A stretch of 64,000 nucleotides of DNA. It comes from an uncultured Verrucomicrobiae bacterium. GTDB lineage: Bacteria > Verrucomicrobiota > Verrucomicrobiia > Limisphaerales > Palsa-1400. Made by a program: the position numbers and the translations under genes. The notes under the pieces are model-generated. The model searched no databases and was not told where the DNA came from. It was given only the letters and a program-made list of their open reading frames with translations. This document shows, piece after piece, positions 60,851 through 64,000 of the stretch. The DNA lies in contig CAVPOM010000006.1 in the NCBI GenBank assembly GCA_963707025.1, positions 1 to 64,000 on the forward strand, in the 5' to 3' direction. Positions within the stretch are counted from its first letter, which is position 1. Each line of letters begins with the position of its first letter.

Positions 60851-61573
60851 ATGAACACATCCCATAATTATAAGCTGGCTGTTGTTGTCCCCCTTGTGGC
60901 AATTTGCACATTCATTCCATTCCGTACAAAGGCGCAAGGGAGTTTCCAAAACCTTGATTTTGAGAGCGCCAACCCAGGCACGTTAACGCCAAATCCAACC
61001 GGGCCACCTTATGCTCTCAATGTTCCGGTAGCAAATGCACTTCCGTCGTGGAGTGTATATTACGGCGACATCCAGCAAACGGTTGTCAATGTTAACGATC
61101 CATCTTTGGGGGCCGCAGCCGTCGCGCTCATTGGCCCACAAGACAACCCAATTGATGGAAACTACAGCGTTTTGCTCCAACCTGGCGGTTCCGTAAATTA
61201 CATCAGCGCCTCAATTGCTCAGGATGGCACGATTCCAGTAGGAACGGAAACCTTGCTTTTTAGGGCGTGGCAACCGATGTCCGCGCTGCCGTTTTCCGTC
61301 TCCTTCGCTGGCAACAGTCTTTCGCCCGTCGAGATTTCGTCAGGCCAAAGCCCATTGGGACAAGGCTATAATGTTTATGCCGCCGCAATAGGTGCTTTCG
61401 CGGGGCAAAATGGACAACTGGAGTTCACAGTGAACGGCGAAAACTATAACAGTGTTTTGCTCGACGATATCGCCTTTTCCCCAAACACCGTGCCCGAACC
61501 CCGCACGCTGGCGCTTCTTGTCATGGGTGGGGTGGCGCTGGCCGTGCGCCGCTGGCGCGCCAAGGCTTCATGA
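60851..61573 (+). CDS. PEP-CTERM exported protein
   Basis: FQNLDFE; VPEPRTLALLVMGGVALAVRRWR. Confidence 0.9.
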   Translation: MNTSHNYKLAVVVPLVAICTFIPFRTKAQGSFQNLDFESANPGTLTPNPTGPPYALNVPVANALPSWSVYYGDIQQTVVNVNDPSLGAAAVALIGPQDNPIDGNYSVLLQPGGSVNYISASIAQDGTIPVGTETLLFRAWQPMSALPFSVSFAGNSLSPVEISSGQSPLGQGYNVYAAAIGAFAGQNGQLEFTVNGENYNSVLLDDIAFSPNTVPEPRTLALLVMGGVALAVRRWRAKAS

Positions 61574-61667
61574 GAACGTAAATGGGTCACCTTCCACTTC
61601 CACCCCCTTCAGACTAAGTATCTCCAGGTCGTAGGAGATCCGTTTGTGATTAAATAGTGAAATTATT

Positions 61668-62384
61668 ATGAAGATTAACACAATAGCACTTCTCCTAATC
61701 TCGGCGACAGTCGAGGATGGCTTTTCGCAAGAAGCGTTCCAGAACCTAAATTTCGAGGCTGCTGATGTTGCTGGTTACGCTCCAAACAGTTCCACGGTTC
61801 CGACCAGCAGCGCATTTCCCGGTTGGCAAGCGATTTATGGCGCGAATCCGCCATCTGCCCAGGTTTGGTATGACGGTCTAAGTATTGGCGGTCCAATGAT
61901 TTCGATTTTGGACAACAAGGCAGGGTCGCCGATCCAGGGAAATTATAGTGCCGATCTCTTTGCGGCAGTTGTAGGTACGACTACCTACAGTGTAACTCTG
62001 AGCCAGACTGGCGTAGTTCCCGCAAGCACAGAATCCATAGAGATGGATGCCAATCAGGCGGCGTCATCTTCATTTGTTGTGACGCTTGGAGGTGAACCCG
62101 TCAACATGGTGCCGTTGCAAAGGTTTGCCAATTACACGTTGTGGGGCGGCGATGCCTCAGCGTTTGCAGGCCAAGACGTGGCATTGAGCATTACCGAGCT
62201 GCCGCCCGCAAATCAAGAATATTCGCCCAGCCTGCTTGAGTTGGATAACATCACTTTTTCCCAAACGACGGTCACACCAGAACCTGGCACCCTGTCGCTC
62301 CTTGTTGTGGGCGCCACGGCATTTGCTGTGCGTTCGTGGTGGAAGCGCGTCAAGGCTTCCCGGCAGAAGCCCAACAAGGCATGA
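61668..62384 (+). CDS. PEP-CTERM exported protein, paralog of the preceding gene
   Basis: FQNLNFE, PIQGNYS, LDNITFS, TPEPGTLSLL. Confidence 0.9.
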   Translation: MKINTIALLLISATVEDGFSQEAFQNLNFEAADVAGYAPNSSTVPTSSAFPGWQAIYGANPPSAQVWYDGLSIGGPMISILDNKAGSPIQGNYSADLFAAVVGTTTYSVTLSQTGVVPASTESIEMDANQAASSSFVVTLGGEPVNMVPLQRFANYTLWGGDASAFAGQDVALSITELPPANQEYSPSLLELDNITFSQTTVTPEPGTLSLLVVGATAFAVRSWWKRVKASRQKPNKA

Positions 62385-62531
62385 GTTTATGGCCTCTCCT
62401 GGTCCACTAGGCAACCAATAGCATGGCACTTGGCACCTATTGGAACGGCGCCAAATGAGCTTCGCGTTACTTACCTGCCCTGGCTCAATGGGGAGAGTTT
62501 TCACTTATCATTCCGAACGCCTCAACACATC

Positions 62532-62611
62532 AAAGGGGTCATCATATATTTGCGCTGTTCGCCCTGTTTTGCGCTTGCCACCCTCTGTTCTTAGCGGCAC
62601 GATGGACCGAT
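62532..62611 (+). repeat. Orphan copy of the RAYT left end and leader
   Basis: Matches 59659-59731 (AAAGGGGTCA..CATATATTTGC..CTGTTTTGCGCTTGCCA..GCGGCACGATGG.CCGAT). Confidence 0.8.
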
Positions 62612-62822
62612 TCTCATGTCTTTGGCAAGATACCACGGCGCTTTGTCGTCTTGAGGCCAGAGGTTTATACGGTTTCCGCATCTTTCGGATTTGTTTCCAT
62701 GCAAATCTAAACAGATTCTTTCCCAATGGCGGAAAATGAGGCGTTGAAAAAACTGGACGGGCAGAAAGAAAAAGGCAAGGGCACGGAGGAGAAACAGACA
62801 GAAAGCAGCGCAAAAGAAGGCA

Positions 62823-62912
62823 ATGTAACGCAAGGTAACAGGCAGGTAACGGTGGCAGAATCCACAAGTGGCTCACTATCAACAAGTGTAACGGGGTTAC
62901 GGGTGTAGCGCT
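62823..62912 (+). repeat. Six-box GTAAC element, copy C
   Basis: Colinear with copies A and B. Confidence 0.85.
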
Positions 62913-62973
62913 GCAATGCCCCCTTTGGCGAGCGTGGGCCGTGACCGCTCCCAACCTCGCCAAAGGCCACGTT

Positions 62974-63257
62974 ATACCGTTTCCAGTTCGTAACTGCACT
63001 ATTGCCAATGCGATTGGCGGCGGTCACAGACCGCCGCTACAGTGCAAAAGCAAACTGGAAACGGTATTAGCCGCGCCGCAGTCGAAGGGGTCCAACAATA
63101 GCTTTGTCCAAGCCTGCTCAAAGAGGGCCATGATTCAAGTTCAAGTTGGGCAAAGCTATAGTTATGCCGTTTCCAGTTCGTAACTGCACTATTGCCAAGG
63201 CGATTGGCGGCGGTCGCAGACCGCCGCTACAGTGCAAAAGCAAACCGGAAAAGGTAT
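62974..63257. repeat. Two copies of a 94-bp MITE-like unit containing a GTAG-type REP hairpin
   Basis: 62974-63067 and 63164-63257; 15-bp TIR ATACCGTTTCCAGTT (perfect in the first copy); inner GCGGCGGTCACAGACCGCCGCTAC. Confidence 0.8.
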
Positions 63258-63328
63258 TATCTTTGATGACCCCTTTGAGGCTCTCCCGCGAGGAGAGGGG
63301 ACAGCGGTCGTCCTCCGTGGGTTGGCGG

Positions 63329-64000
63329 TTAGTTGCCTGGCGAGTGCGGTTGGGAATTATTCGCCTTTAAAATCAAGCTTCGCACCCGGGCCGGCAACAC
63401 CGGCGGGCGCACTGATTCCATGCCCCAACCGAGGAGGACTTTCGCCGCCGCGCCGCAGATACGCCCCTGGCACGGCCCCATGCCGCAACGGGTCTGCAAT
63501 TTCGCCTCGCGCCAATGGTCGTGCTGGCGCACCCGCCCCAGCGGGATGTCTTCGCACCGGCACAGCAGCGTGTCATCCGCGGCCAGGGTCTTGAGTTCCG
63601 GGCGCAACGCGAAGGCTCTGGCCAGCGCTTGGCGGAATTTGTGCCAGGAGGAGCGCCGGGCGAACAAGGCTTGCGCGCGCGCCGGCTGGTTGCCCGCCGC
63701 ATAACCGGCAATCCGCCCTTCCACCAGCGCGCAATCCGCACCGCCCACGCCCGTCGGCTCGCCGGCGCAGTAAATCCCTTTGACGCTGGTTGCCTGCCAT
63801 GCATCCACCCGCACAAAGCCGTCCTGCAACTGGCAGCCTGCCGCCAGGGCAAGTTCCACGTTGGGCACCAATCCGAAGGCGCACGCCAAGAGGTCGCATT
63901 CCTCCGTCCAGGTGCTTTCTCCATTGGTCAGCGTGACGCTGCGGACTTGGGCGCTGCCTTCCGCGCGCACCGGCCAGACGCCGCAACGGTAAGGCACGCC
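63329..64000 (-). CDS. FAD-dependent oxidoreductase with BFD-like [2Fe-2S] domain (HcnB/OoxA-like), 5' part outside window
   Basis: CRCEDI, TRCGMGPCQGRICG, RPP. Confidence 0.85.
   Translation of the reverse strand, partial: GVPYRCGVWPVRAEGSAQVRSVTLTNGESTWTEECDLLACAFGLVPNVELALAAGCQLQDGFVRVDAWQATSVKGIYCAGEPTGVGGADCALVEGRIAGYAAGNQPARAQALFARRSSWHKFRQALARAFALRPELKTLAADDTLLCRCEDIPLGRVRQHDHWREAKLQTRCGMGPCQGRICGAAAKVLLGWGMESVRPPVLPARVRSLILKANNSQPHSPGN

Noticed and set aside
62974..63257. CRISPR array
   Set aside because: Only two 94-bp units, wrong size for CRISPR repeats, and no cas genes in the window.

Overview
GC-rich bacterial chromosome segment. The gene repertoire (prepilin/H-X9-DG-type protein, PEP-CTERM proteins, a QGTAFTYQG-type exported protein) suggests Verrucomicrobiota; this is inference. 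Core blocks are korAB, gspFHIJK, accA-manA, split transketolase/ADH/RfaE-like sugar genes, an ABC/DUF3299/ZIP metal cluster and a GH127-like hydrolase. They alternate with accessory islands. Complete IS66 and IS4-family elements can be delimited by their terminal inverted repeats and target duplications. The most notable unexplained structures are: (1) four tandem copies of the tRNA-Gly 3' end that partition bases 1-8303 into small integrase-free cassettes; (2) a 90-bp six-box GTAAC element present three times, always at an island edge and with the same polarity; (3) an HUH/RAYT transposase with stuttered and duplicated ends abutting PEP-CTERM genes, with related ends elsewhere in the window; (4) an FGE-sulfatase gene whose 3' end has the NNC codon signature of a DGR variable region, with no RT or TR in the window; (5) a four-helix-bundle gene enclosed by inverted heptamer arrays; (6) an ECF-sigma-led, ComG-like minimal pilus operon. 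At least eight small frameshifts, several in short homopolymers, suggest long-read assembly errors. All family assignments are from motif recognition by eye, not database searches.
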